DNA of 64,000 nt, from NCBI GenBank assembly GCA_002269645.1, contig NIVC01000042.1, positions 124,001 through 188,000 on the forward strand. The letters run 5' to 3'. The position numbers and the translations under genes are program-made. Position 1 is the stretch's first letter. The number at the start of each line of letters is the position of its first letter. The notes under the pieces are model-generated. The model had not been told where the DNA came from and ran no database searches. It saw nothing but the letters and a program-made list of their open reading frames with translations. Below are positions 14,028-26,500 of this stretch, in pieces. This DNA is from Macrostomum lignano. Lineage: Eukaryota.

Positions 14028-14585
14028 CAAGCTCGAATCAGTGGCGCCAAATTAGAATCAGTGGCGTCAAATTAGAATCAGTGGCGCCAGATTAGAAACC
14101 AGTGGCGCCAAATAAGAAACCAGTGGCGCCAAATTAGAATCTGTGGCACCAAATTAGAATAATGGCGCCAAATTAGAAACCAGTTGCGTCAAATTAGAAT
14201 CAGTGCCGTAAAATTAGAATCAGTGCCGTCAAATTAGAAACAGTGCCGTCAAATTAGAATCAGTGCCGTCAAATTAGAATCAGTGCCGTCAAATTAGAAT
14301 CAGTGCCGTCAAATTAGAAACCATTGGTGCCAAATTAGAATCAGTGCCGTCAAATTAGAAACCATTGGTGCCAAATTAGAATCAGTGCCGTCAAATTAGA
14401 AACCATTGGTGCCAAATTAGAATCAGTGGCGTCAAAGAACAGTGGCGTCAAATTAGAATAGTGGCGCCAAATTAGAATCAGTGCCGTCAAATTAGAATCA
14501 GTGGCGCCAAATTAGAATCAGTGGCGTCAAATTAGAGAACAGTGGCGTCAAATTAGAGAACAGTGGCGCCAAATTAGAATCAGTG
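14028..14585 (+). repeat. ~20-bp minisatellite (CAGTGGCGCCAAATTAGAAT)
   Basis: Tandem units with GCGCC/GCCGTC/GCGTC variants. Confidence 0.95.
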
Positions 14586-15164
14586 GCCTAGACATCCATC
14601 GAAACGGTAAAAACTAAGCACGCCTAAGAACTTAAAGATTCGATCGGATAAGATTTTTTTATACAGCGAAGAAAGTGCATGGCTACTGTTCAGAGATTTT
14701 GAGAACACGTATATTACACTTCCAAAATCAATATCAGAATTGCATCCGGAGTTTGAAAGCAATTGGATACTTTTTGCCGATAGAGAGCATAAAAATTGAA
14801 GACAGAAAGCATGAAAGCTATCGATGAAAGGTGAGAAAGCTGATATTTTAATTGACGCCTTCAGTTCCCAAAAGCTGTGGGAATTCCATCAAAAAGATAT
14901 TTTTATACATTATTAAAGTCTCCGCTTACAGCCGTATGTTTCACAGTACACAATATTTCGTGCCGAGCCAAGCGACGCAACTTCCGCGATGTCGGCAGAT
15001 CGTCTACCTCGGCGGTCCTTTCGATCTGCGAGGGCAGTCCCGCAGTCCGAGGTCCTACCTGACCGCCAGAAGGCGACGTTGTTACAGACGGTGTTTGAGA
15101 CCGACCTGCATTATAATCCACAGATCTGGACGCTGACGCTTCCCGTCCAGTGACTTTTTAGTAG

Positions 15165-15390
15165 AGGCAGGGGGCTGTGTGCACCCTGGCGCACTTTAAG
15201 CGACATTGTCACACAACCGGCGAGAGGCATTGCTGCCCATTTTGCCGACTCCTCTGACCAGGCACACAAGCGCACGGATACGTACGCAGTTACGCACAGG
15301 CACGCACTCACACAGGAGTGTACAGCGGCCCTGAATTTCTCGTTAGGCATGTACACTTCACTGTGCATTGGGGGTTGGCCCCTGAAGGGC
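15165..15390 (+). repeat. Dispersed ~220-bp repeat family member
   Basis: Shares GCACGCACTCACACAGG(A/G)TGTACAGCGGCCCTGA..TTTCT..CGT.AG...TGTACACT...TGTGC..CTGAAGG with 60235-60451 (+) and 61228-61400 (-). Confidence 0.75.
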
Positions 15391-16419
15391 GTTAATTGCG
15401 CGAGCAGAGCCAAGCCGAGATTCCAATTCAGCCCCAAATTAATGTGACTGTTTAGGACATGGACATCGAGCCCGGGCCGCTGGCACTTCAGAGGGTTGCG
15501 CCAGACCACTGGGCTACGTTTCCCCATCGTGTCCTGCGACGCAGGTATTTTGTTTTCTTTTATGAACAGCCAACTGACAGCGAATTTCGGAGTCGATTAA
15601 TTCGTTCAGTTTTTAGCACAAAGGGGTATCAGTTTAAGCGCCGAAATCAATCCAATCAATGTACAGTTCATTTACATTCAGTTCAAATCAGCATTCATGC
15701 AACCCATTTCTAGTTGCAGCCTTTTGTCCAGGGTCGAAAAGTAGTAAAACAAATCCAGCCTTCATAATGTTTTTTTCGTTTTTATTTATTTTTTATTTAT
15801 TATAGTTTCAGAAGAAACAATCTTCAAAAGAATATTTTCGAAAAAAGCGATTATTCATTCGATGATTTCAGATAAAGAACGATGATTAACTGCGGTGCAA
15901 TTCCACTTTGATAGAAGAACAGCGATTTCGAGTATAGATAACTGAAAATCGATCCAGATAAAATTTCAACTTCTCCTAATCCCATTTGCTTGCTTGCTGC
16001 TGGTTATCTTTATCGAGCTCAAATACTATAGCTCGGACAATATGGAAATGGAGGGGGGAGGGGCTGCAGGATGACTTTGCCGCACAAAGAGGACCAACTG
16101 CATGAGATCGAGAATTCGAAAGCCCATTTCCGCTCCTCACACGGAAAGGCCGCTGTTGATATTTCATCATTCCAGCACCCCACACCGGGCCCTCCACACT
16201 TCACTTCCCCCATCCTCAGGACAGAGAGTGCTTAGTTAGCGAGTATCTGGATTGCATAACAGGCTCAATCCATAACTTCCCAATTTGCTGGCAAGAAAAC
16301 ATCAATTATATTATGATTTATTAAAGTCGAACATATTTTTTCGTATAGTAGAGAAAGTGTTGAGTAGTGGGAAAATTTTTAACTCCGACAAAGCTTCGTG
16401 GGGTAAAGAGGAGAAAGGA

Positions 16420-16590
16420 GAAGAGAGGAGAGGAGAGGGGAGAAAGAGAGAGGAGAGAAGATTAGAGAGAAGGGAGCTGAGAAGAGACAAAAACCTTAAG
16501 CGGGCCGGATTGCTATTTATTGTGAAGTTTAAAAAGACCCGAGGGCCGGATAGAGAGGCTTCGCGTGCCGGAGATTGGCGACCCCTGCTG
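16420..16590. mobile_element. hAT-like MITE end related to 5725-6000
   Basis: GA-rich tract, the shared TTAAGCGGGCCGGATTG...AAAAGACCCGAGGGCC block, and a terminus that reads CAGGGGTCGCCAATCT on the minus strand. Confidence 0.5.
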
Positions 16591-17828
16591 TACAAGGTCA
16601 AAACCTACATGCGCAGATTGCTAGTTCTCAGTGTGGCCAGCTCAGTGTGGAAATGGTCACTTCCAGACTCCTAACTTGAGGCGTCCCTGGCCCGGGGGGG
16701 GGGAGCCGCCAGCCATCGCAAAGTGACATAATTACAGCCTTGTTTTCAGGAAAGAGGGGAGCGGTGGGGAAGATTGGGGGAAGGGACACTGGCGCTGGCC
16801 ACCTTATCCTTTCCGACAGGATTTCGATCCTCATCTATTTCTCTCTCTCCCAACAGCAAGCCTCATCCGGTGACAGGATTTACAGCTCGAATATATAGCC
16901 CCGCCGAGCTAGCGGATCGGTCAAGCGGATAGGGAAAAAAATCCCCCACGCACAAAACTCACTGCATGGGCCGCATGCCCGCTTCCGGAGTGGAATTTTA
17001 AATTGGGGTGGCTGCGACGACGCACCAGAAGAGACGAGAGCTCGGGGATAATTCTCCTCCCACCACAAGCCGAAAACGAGCAACACACGGCCCAGTGAGT
17101 TCTCTGGGCTCAAGTTGAGCAGCGGGGGGGGCGCAGACTGAGGCTGACGATGAAGCTGATGCTGTCTCCAGTGCTGAGTTGAATATCTCGACGTTCTTGA
17201 ACGCACATCTCAGCCTGTGTCTACTCTTTTTGGGAGGAAAGTATAGACGTGAAGAAAAAGCTGACGGACAGACGGACGGACTGACCATGGAGTGTTAAAG
17301 GGAAACTTTATGTCCATCGCACACACTAAACACTACAATATTTAAACCTGAATATTTACAATGAAATTAGTGGCATTGAAAAATTAATAATTAATTCAAC
17401 TGTCCCTGTCTACTGTTTTATGGCCAAGCCAGGGGGTCAAGGTGGGCAGATGACCCCCCCCCGGGGAGAAATGCTACATACGCCCCCGCTAGTAGTAACC
17501 GTTCTCTTCAAGAATCTGGGATCCAGCAGTACTCAATAGTTTCCACTCCAGATTCTGATCAGCCCAGAAGACCCAGGCACCAGCATTCAAGATCCTCTTC
17601 TTGTCTTCTCTTCCCCTCTGCCGCTTTCTGCTGAGGACTCTAGCAGAGAGCCTCATTAGCAGCTCCTTGTTGTCAACCCACCCTCCAATGCAAGGCCATC
17701 CGGAACCACTTTTCCATCTCATCTGTAAGCTCTGGCTAATCGATTCGGCAGATCGAATAAATAAAATCCTGCATTAAGGATTAAACATGCAGGCACTGAT
17801 TGCTGCCCCAGTAGCCCTAGCATACACG

Positions 17829-17854
17829 GATAGATAGATGAATAGATAGATAGT

Positions 17855-17894
<40 letters not shown>

Positions 17895-17923
17895 CAGATA
17901 GATAGATAGATAGATAGATAGAC

Positions 17924-17990
<67 letters not shown>

Positions 17991-18007
17991 CAGATAGATA
18001 GATAGAC

Positions 18008-18070
<63 letters not shown>

Positions 18071-18071
18071 C

Positions 18072-18162
<91 letters not shown>

Positions 18163-18191
18163 CAGATAGATAGATAGATAGATAGATAGAC

Positions 18192-18257
<66 letters not shown>

Positions 18258-18443
18258 ACAGATAGATAGATAGACAGATAGACAGATAGACAGATAGATA
18301 GACAGATAGATAGATAGACAGATAGATAGACAGATAGATAGATAGATAGATAGATAGACAGATAGATAGATAGATAGACAGATAGATAGATAGACAGATA
18401 GATAGATAGATAGACAGATAGATAGACAGATAGATAGATAGAC

Positions 18444-18482
<39 letters not shown>

Positions 18483-18545
18483 CAGATAGATAGATAGATA
18501 GATAGACAGATAGATAGACAGATAGATAGATAAACAGATAGACAC
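17829..18545 (+). repeat. (GATA)n/(GACA) microsatellite
   Basis: About 715 bp of tetranucleotide repeat. Confidence 0.99.
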
Positions 18546-19189
18546 CAGACAAGCCTTGATTTCCCACACGCCCAGACGCGCTTCTTCCCTACTGAAATCA
18601 GCCCCAATTTCAGGCCAGCAGAAACAAAACCAACTTCATCCATCAGTTTCAACACCAAAGAATAAGAGTCAGGGCCGCGCGGGTCTCAGGTGGCCTAAGA
18701 AATCGTCTTTCCTTCACCCACAGAGAGTTTTCCGCAATCGGGCGGGCAAGCGCCAACCCCCTTCAAGTCCAGTTGCAGCTGTGAGAATCAGGCGTGCGAC
18801 TCGATCGGGAGCATTTATCAAAACTTGTCAAAAGGAACGAACAGGCCAGGCAAGGGAGGCTGGAAGTGACTCCCAGTTATGACCGGGAGGCGGTGGTGGA
18901 TGGCGGTCCGCAGCTGGGTCCACTCCGAGGGAGGATAAGTTTATAACAACAAGAATTCGAAGAGGAAAATTATATAGCGCAGGTAAGACCCAAGAGCTCA
19001 GGGTTTAAAGCGCAGTCTCAGCAGGTTGGACAAGACAGGAAAAGAATCCATCGTTCAGCTGAATTTATGGCTTTAATTACAGTAACACGATGCTTTGAAA
19101 TTCATCGAAATAGAATAAGCTGATTGCATGGAATAAGATCGCGGATACGCTACTCATACGCGCCGACAGTAGTACTGCATGCGAGTTTT

Positions 19190-20535
19190 TAGAGGGAAAA
19201 GTTATTGAAGGAAAAGCTACTAAGGAAAAAGCTACTGAGGGAAAAGCTACTAAGGGAAAGCTACTGAGGGAAAAGCTACTGAGGGAAAAGCTACTGAGGG
19301 AAAGCTACTGAGGGAAAAGCTACTAAAGGAAAGCTACTGAGGGAAAAACTACTGAGAGAAAAGCTACTGAGAGAAAAGCTACTGAGAGAAAGCTACTGAG
19401 GGAAAAGCTACTAAAGGAAAGCTACTGAGGGAAAAGCTACTGAGGGAAAAGCTACTGAGGGAAAAGCTACTAAAGGAAAGCTACTGAGGGAAAAGCTACT
19501 GAGGGAAAAGCTACTGAGGGAAAAGCTACTGAGGGAAAAGCTACTGAGGGAAAAGCTACTGAGGGAAAAGCTACTGAGGGAAAAGCTACTGAGGGAAAAG
19601 CTACTGAGGGAAAGGCTACTGAGGGAAAAGCTACTAAGGGAAAGCTACTGAGGGAAAAGCTACTAAGGGAAAGCTACTGAGGGAAAAGCTACTGAGGGAA
19701 AAGCTACTAAGGGAAAGCTACTGAGGGAAAAGCTACTGAAAGGAAAGCTACTGAGGGAAAAGCTACTGAGGGAAAAGCTACTAAGGGAAAGCTACTGAGG
19801 GAAAAGCTACTGAGGGAAAAGCTACTGAGGGAAAAGCTACTGAGGGAAAAGCTACTGAGGGAAAAGCTACTAAGGGAAAGCTACTGAGGGAAAAGCTACT
19901 AAGGGAAAGCTACTGAGGGAAAAGCTACTGAGGGAAAAGCTACTGAGGGAAAAGCTACTGAGGGAAAAGCTACTGAGGGAAAGCTACTGAGGGAAAAGCT
20001 ACTGAGGGAAAAGCTACTGAGGGAAAAGCTACTGAGGGAAAGCTACTGAGGGAAAAGCTACTGAGGGAAAAGCTACTGAGGAAAAAGCTACTGAGGGAAA
20101 AGCTACTAAGGGAAAGCTACTGAGGAAAAAGCTACTGAGGGAAAAGCTACTGAGGAAAAAGCTACTGAGGAAAAAGCTACTGAGGAAAAAGCTACTGAGG
20201 GAAAAGCTACTGAGGGAAAGCTACTAAGGGAAAGCTACTGAGGGAAAGGCTACTGAGGGAAAAGCTACTGAGGGAAAGGCTACTGAGGGAAAAGCTACTG
20301 AGGGAAAGGCTACTGAGGGAAAAGCTACTGAGGGAAAAGCTACTGAGGGAAAAGCTACTAAGGGAAAGCTACTGAGGGAAAAGCTACTGAGGAAAAACCT
20401 ACTGAGGGAAAAGCTACTGAGGGAAAAGCTACTAAGGGAAAGCTACTGAGGGGAAAGCTACTGAGGGAAAAGCTACTGAGGGAAGGCTACTGAGGGAAAA
20501 GCTACTGAGAGAAAAGCTACTGAAGGAAAAGCTAC
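19190..20535 (+). repeat. 14/15-bp minisatellite (GGGAAAAGCTACTGA)
   Basis: About 90 units ending ~220 bp from the TPMT stop codon. Confidence 0.98.
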
Positions 20536-20756
20536 TCAAAGAAGGGTTAGTGGACCCTAGAAAAGCTTCAGCTTATATTAGCACTGAAAGCAGAACGGAC
20601 TGTAGAATTAAAAGATTCAAAAGCAATTAATTAAACGCGACATGCTTTTAAAGGTGCAGCGAAATTGTCTATAATCAAGAAGCACGATTAGCACCGGATA
20701 GGTAAAATTTATGCATATTTATTTTGAGGCCCTCAGCAACAGAAAGCAGTCATAAA

Positions 20757-21659
20757 TCATTTAGCTGTCAACAGATAATAGTGATAGAAGAGTTCGGGCA
20801 AATTGTACAGCAGCCGACGCTCCTCGTCTCTGAACGCCTCCAGCAGCTGGATGTCGTACAGGTCGCTGTACAGCGCCTTCACCTGATCAGCATCGACGCA
20901 GAACGGGGGGCCGGGATGCAGCGCCCTGGGAAACACGGTGGTCTCCAGGAGGATCCGATGGCTAGGCCGGCACAGAGAGTGCAACAGTGCCACGTAGGCT
21001 CGCCTATCCGCCGAGTTGATCACCACCAGGGAGCCGCGGTCCCACACTAGGTCTGACTGGCCAGCTTCCAGCCGTCTCAGAGCCGGATGGAACAAATCCC
21101 CGCCGTACAGCTGGACAATGCCAGACCGGACCCGGTGCAGGCCCGGGCACAGGTCTGTGCGGCCAGGCGGAGGCTGCAGATGCAGACGGCGGAACACCGA
21201 CTCGCCGCCGAGGTCGACGCCAACAACGCCGGAGACGCCAGGCTGCTCCGAGAGCCAGGTTAGGTCTAGGCTGGCACCGCATAGCGGCACGAGCACCTGC
21301 TGCTGCTGCTCTGCCGCCTCATCCTTCGGCTTCAAGCCCGAACGCAGCGCTGCCCAGTGCCGCACTAGGAACGGATGCACCTGCGGCCGGTGCCAGCGAG
21401 GCCAAGCTGCCGCCCCGGGCCCGCCGTCAGCATCGGGCGGAGTCAGCGACTGCCACCGGTTCAACCAGTACTCGTGACTGAACTGCGGCTCGGGAGGCGT
21501 CGAGTTGTCATTGTTCTTCGGTGCCTGCTGGCCGATGCCGCCGCTGCGAATGCCGCGATGGCCATGGCGAAGGACTGATGGCGATAGAAATTGGCGGCAC
21601 TGCAACAGCCACTGCAGCCGCTGACGGGTGGCGGTGGCGGGACCGACTAGGGCTGGCAT
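20757..21659 (-). CDS. TPMT: Thiopurine S-methyltransferase family protein (300 aa, intronless)
   Basis: Motifs YWLNRW, WHRPQVHPFL, VLVPLCGASLDLTWL, GDLF, WDRGSLVVIN and HPGPPFCV match animal TPMT (PLCGK, WDRGALVAIN, HPGPPFYV). AATAAA on the minus strand at ~20718-20723. Confidence 0.9.
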   Translation of the reverse strand: MPALVGPATATRQRLQWLLQCRQFLSPSVLRHGHRGIRSGGIGQQAPKNNDNSTPPEPQFSHEYWLNRWQSLTPPDADGGPGAAAWPRWHRPQVHPFLVRHWAALRSGLKPKDEAAEQQQQVLVPLCGASLDLTWLSEQPGVSGVVGVDLGGESVFRRLHLQPPPGRTDLCPGLHRVRSGIVQLYGGDLFHPALRRLEAGQSDLVWDRGSLVVINSADRRAYVALLHSLCRPSHRILLETTVFPRALHPGPPFCVDADQVKALYSDLYDIQLLEAFRDEERRLLYNLPELFYHYYLLTAK

Positions 21660-21699
21660 TGGGCATTGTAGGGGATGCGCTAATAAAGTACATATGGTA

Positions 21700-22210
21700 C
21701 TATGACCCTCAGGCTGGCACTATGATCCTCAGATTGGCACTATGACCCTAATGCTGTCTCACTATGACCCTTAGACTGTCATTATGACCCTCAGATTGGC
21801 ATTATGACCCTCAGACTGGTATTGTGACCCTCAGATTGGCACTATGACCCTCATGATGGCACTATGACCCTAATGATGGCACTATGACCCTCATGCTGTC
21901 TCACTATGACCCTTAGACTGCCATTATGACCCTCAGATTGGCACTATGACCCTAATGATGGCACTATGAACCTCATCCAGGCCTTATGACCCTTAGACTG
22001 GCATTATGACCATAAGGCTGACACCAACAATATGCAATACTCAGACTGGCACTATGACCCTCGGACTGGCATTGTGACCCTCAGACTGGCATTATGACCC
22101 TCAAATTGGCACCATGACCCTCATGCTACCTTACTATGACCCTCATGCTACCTTACTATGACCCTCATGCTGTCTCACTATGACTTTTATGCTATCCTAC
22201 TATGACCCAA
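21700..22210 (+). repeat. ~19/20-bp degenerate minisatellite (TGGCACTATGACCCTCAGA)
   Basis: Tandem ATGACCCT-containing units starting ~40 bp upstream of the TPMT ATG. Confidence 0.92.
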
Positions 22211-22721
22211 GCAACATTTTTAATGCTTAAAATTGATAAAAGCAGAACAAACATGATACGTTAGAAGTAACAATTTTTATTGCTTTGCAATATTTCATTC
22301 ATGCTGTATTATAAAAACATTAAACACCATTAAGCACTCATACACAAATGAACCCCCCCCTTCAGTAGTTTAAACAATTAGGGCAAAATGAATTTTAACA
22401 TCAGGCGATAACTAAGCATACGTAGAGTAAGGACAAAGTGCATAATAAAAAACTGAAACGAACAGACAGGTATACAACAAGGTAGAGTAAGAGTACTTGG
22501 GGCGAAGGAACCGGGGTTTTAAGGAGCAGCAACAGTTATTATTGATAATTCATCAATGCGGGACAGGCGGACAGACAGGGAAGCAAGCAAAATAATAAGC
22601 AAATGCACTTGCGCAAATGTTTTGGAATCTGCAAACGCCTGCAGAGAGCGAAATCATTTTTTGGGGGGGGGGGGCTAATATAAAAATCCACTCACACGGG
22701 ATCTGCTTAGGATCTGGCCTT

Positions 22722-23418
22722 TAAACACCGAATCTACCCATTGAACATCAAATCTACCCATTAAACACCGAATCTACCCATTGAACATCAAATCTACCCA
22801 TTAAACACCAAATCTACCAATTAAACACCGAATCTACCAATTAAACACGGAATCTACCAATTAAACACCGAATCTACTCATTAAGCACCAAATCTACCAA
22901 TTAAACACGGAATCTACCCATTAAACACCGAATCTACCCATTAAACACCGAATCTACCCATTAAACACCGAATCTACCAATTAAACAACGAATCTACCAA
23001 TTAAACAACGAATCTACCCATTAAACACCGAATCTACCCATTAAACACGGAATCTACCAATTAAACACGGAATCTACCCATTAAACACCGAATCTACCAA
23101 TTAAACACCGAATCTACCCATTAAACACGGAATCTACCCATTAAACACCGAATCTACCAATTAAACACCGAATCTACCCATTAAACACCGAATCTACCCA
23201 TTAAACACCGAATCTACCAATTAAACACGGAATCTACCCATTAAACACCGAATCTACCCATTAAACACCGAATCTACCAATTAAACACGGAATCTACCCA
23301 TTAAACACCGAATCTACCCATTAAACACCGAATCTACCAATTAAACACGGAATCTACCCATTAAACACCGAATCTACCCATTAAACACCGAATCTACCCA
23401 TTAAACACGGAATCTACC
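22722..23418 (+). repeat. 20-bp minisatellite (AATCTACCCATTAAACACCG)
   Basis: About 35 tandem units between the RBM8A 3' end and TPMT. Confidence 0.97.
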
Positions 23419-23597
23419 TGGAATATATCATTTCAACCTAACTTATCAGATGACGTTGAAACTTGCAGATAATTTTATTAGAATACGACACGTGATAATT
23501 TCACTGATGAGACAAAGCTTCGTATTTAAAAAAGCAACAAGAAATGGAGTAATTAGTAATTAATAAACTACAAAGGCAAACAGGCAGACAGCTGAGC

Positions 23598-26500
23598 TTA
23601 TCGACTCCTGCTACGCTCGCTACGCTGCTGCGGCTTGGTGTCCCGCTGGCGTCGCGACTTGCGCCCGCCGCCGCCGCCGCCCGACGGGCCGCGCGTGAAA
23701 CCCCAGTCAACCTGAAATGTAGTTTCACAAATAGCAGAGGGTCAACAGCCAATAGACACTTTGGTTCTGACTGAATTGAAACTAGGGGTGTTTGGGTTTC
23801 CATTTTTCCGGGAACCCCGAACCCGAACTTTTCCTGAAAGGAGAATGCTTTATCTCAGGCTTTCCGTGATGATCTTTTTTCCCCAAGAGTGACGACTGAA
23901 GGGAGTTACTCGTCCTGAGGTACCTCTGGTAGTCTACTTCTTGTTCTCATTTGCAGTCCTGGCTCCTTAACTCCTATTTCTAGTCATCAGCTGGCAATCA
24001 CAAGTCCTCACTCCTCTTCTCCTTCCTATAATTTGACTCCTCATTCTTAAGATCTTAGCATTGACTTTAACATCCGCTTATCCAAATGTGTACCAACTTG
24101 GCTTTAAGTTGTCATTGTTAGTGCAACATCCGGGTTGTAGCTTAATAAAGAATTGTAAAATAAAGGTTAAACACCCTTACATCTTTAATTCATGTGTTTA
24201 ATAAAATGTTTGCAATTATAAATAAAGGGATTTTTTAAATCCACAAGCATAGTCCATCGGCTAGCCATAATCCATAGATTCATAGATTTCATCCGTAGAA
24301 CCTGTGGCGGCCCAATCAGCACGCAGCCAGCGATTGCGAGTACATCTGCACTGAAACCCCCTGCCCGCCAGGCTGGGGGTGGGTGTACTCGGACAGACAG
24401 TCAGTATGCTAAGTCGGGGGGGTTGGCCTTCAATCGTGCCACCTTTTTGGCGCACCTCCCCATGTGATCGCGTGCTTATTTATACTTACCGCGTAAAGCA
24501 AATAAACTTTCACTTTTCTCGCTTGCAACTTACTTCGTTTTCGCAAGCCGCTAAATTGGTGAGCCCGACATAGCTATTTCGTACAATGGCTTCCAACACA
24601 GAGGCAGCTGTCTCTCTCAAACTGCCCACGTTTTGGGCAGCTCAACCCCGCGCATGGTTCATTCAAGCCGAAGCCCAGTTTTCTCTGCGCGGAATCACGC
24701 AAGATGCGACCAAGTACAACTACTTGGTGGCAGCGCTCGACCAGCAAACGGCTGAACGCCTCCTCGACATTTTAGAGGCTCCCCCAGCAGAGGGCAAGTA
24801 CGAGACGCTGAAGCAACGTCTCAAAGGCACCTTCGACTTGACGAGGCAGCAGAGGGCCAGTCGCCTGCTCAACATGACCGGCCTCGGTGATCGGCGGCCC
24901 TCAGAACTCATGGATGAGATGCTCGCCCTGCTGGGAGACCACCCACCGTGCCTACTCTTCGAAGAGTTGTTCCGCCAGCAGCTGCCGCCGGACGTGCGCA
25001 TGGCCATGGCAACCGCCGACTTCGCGGAGCCTCGGCAAGCAGCGCGGCTCGCCGACAGGCTGTGGGCCAGCAGGCCGCAGTTCACCGCTGCCTCCGTCCA
25101 GCAGCCAGCGGTGGCGACCTCCCCACCGCCTGACCAGCCGGCGGTGGCTTCGGCCAGCAGGAGCAGCCGCCCGGCCCGGCAGCATCGGCCCCCACAGCGC
25201 GGTCAGGACAGCGGGCTGTGCTTTTATCATCGCCGGTTCGGCGCGAAGGCTCATCGCTGCGAGGCACCCTGCAGCTTCCAGGGAAACGGGCAGGCCGGCC
25301 GTCAGTGAACAGCTCGGCGGCCGGCAACAACAGCAACCTGTTGCTCATTCCCGATGTGCTGACGGGCCGGCGTTTTCTGGTCGACACGGGCGCCGAGGTC
25401 AGCATCTTCCCTGTCACTGGCACCGATGCACGCCTGCGGTCCACTGGCCCGCCGCTTTACGCAGCCAATGGCAGCCTGATACGCACCTTCGGCTCCCGGC
25501 AGCTCACGCTCGACCTCGGCATCAAGCGCTGCTCCTGGCCGTTCGTCTTGGCCGAAGTCTCGCGCCCGCTGATCGGCGCGGACTTCCTCCGCCACCACGG
25601 CCTGCTGGTGGACCTGCCGCACCGGCGGCTCCTGGACACTTGCTCGCTCGCCAGCGTGCACCTGCTGGACGGCATCGGGCCTGGTCTGCAGCTCGCCGCG
25701 GCTGCCACCGCGGACCCGTACAGCCAGCTGCTGGCCGAGTTCCCCGCTCTCACCGAGCCCAGTTTCCAGCGGGCTGCGCCACGGCACGGGGTGGAGCACC
25801 ACATCCCGACGCAGGGCCCGCCGGTCCACGCCCGCCCTCGCCGCCTGCCGCCGGACAAGCTGGCGGTGGCCAAGGAGGAGTTCCGGCTCCTGGAGCAGCT
25901 CGGCATCGTGCGCCGGTCCAACAGCCCGTGGTCCTCACCGCTGCACATGGTGCCCAAGGCCTCGGGCGGCTGGCGTCCCTGCGGCGATTTCAGGCGGCTC
26001 AACGACGCCACGGTGCCCGACCGCTACCCGGTGCCGCACATTCAGGACTTTTCAGCGCGCCTGGCCGGCTGCTCGGTCTTCTCCAAGATCGACCTGGTTC
26101 GCGGCTACCACCAAGTGCCCGTGGCTGCGGCCGATGTGCCCAAGACCGCCGTCATCACCCCGTTCGGCCTCTTCGAGTTCCTGCGAATGCCGTTCGGGCT
26201 CAAGAACGCCGCCCAGGCCTTCCAGCGGTTGGTGGACTCCGTCTGCCAGGATCTCGACTTCGTTTTCGCCTACATTGACGATTTCCTAGTCGCCAGCCGC
26301 AGCCCGCAGCAGCACCTGGAGCACCTGCGCACGCTGTTCCAGCGCCTGGCGGACAATGGTCTGATCATCAACCCGGCGAAGTGCGAGTTCGGCCGCAGTG
26401 AGATCGACTTCCTCGGCCACCGGATCAGCGCCCAGGGAGCCGTGCCGCTGCCCGCCAAAGTCGACGCCATCGCCAGGTTCGCGCCGCCAGCCACCGTCAA

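Noticed and set aside
14580-14820. Possible hAT dimerisation-domain remnant (SDIDFGSVIYVFSK)
   Set aside because: Similarity too short and weak to support.
17774-18658. 237-294 aa ORFs (SIYL repeats)
   Set aside because: Reverse-strand reading of (GATA)n.
23866-23918. C-box (GTGATGA) and D-box (CTGA) in the RBM8A intron
   Set aside because: Only 53 nt long and on the strand opposite the host gene, so unlikely to be an intronic snoRNA.
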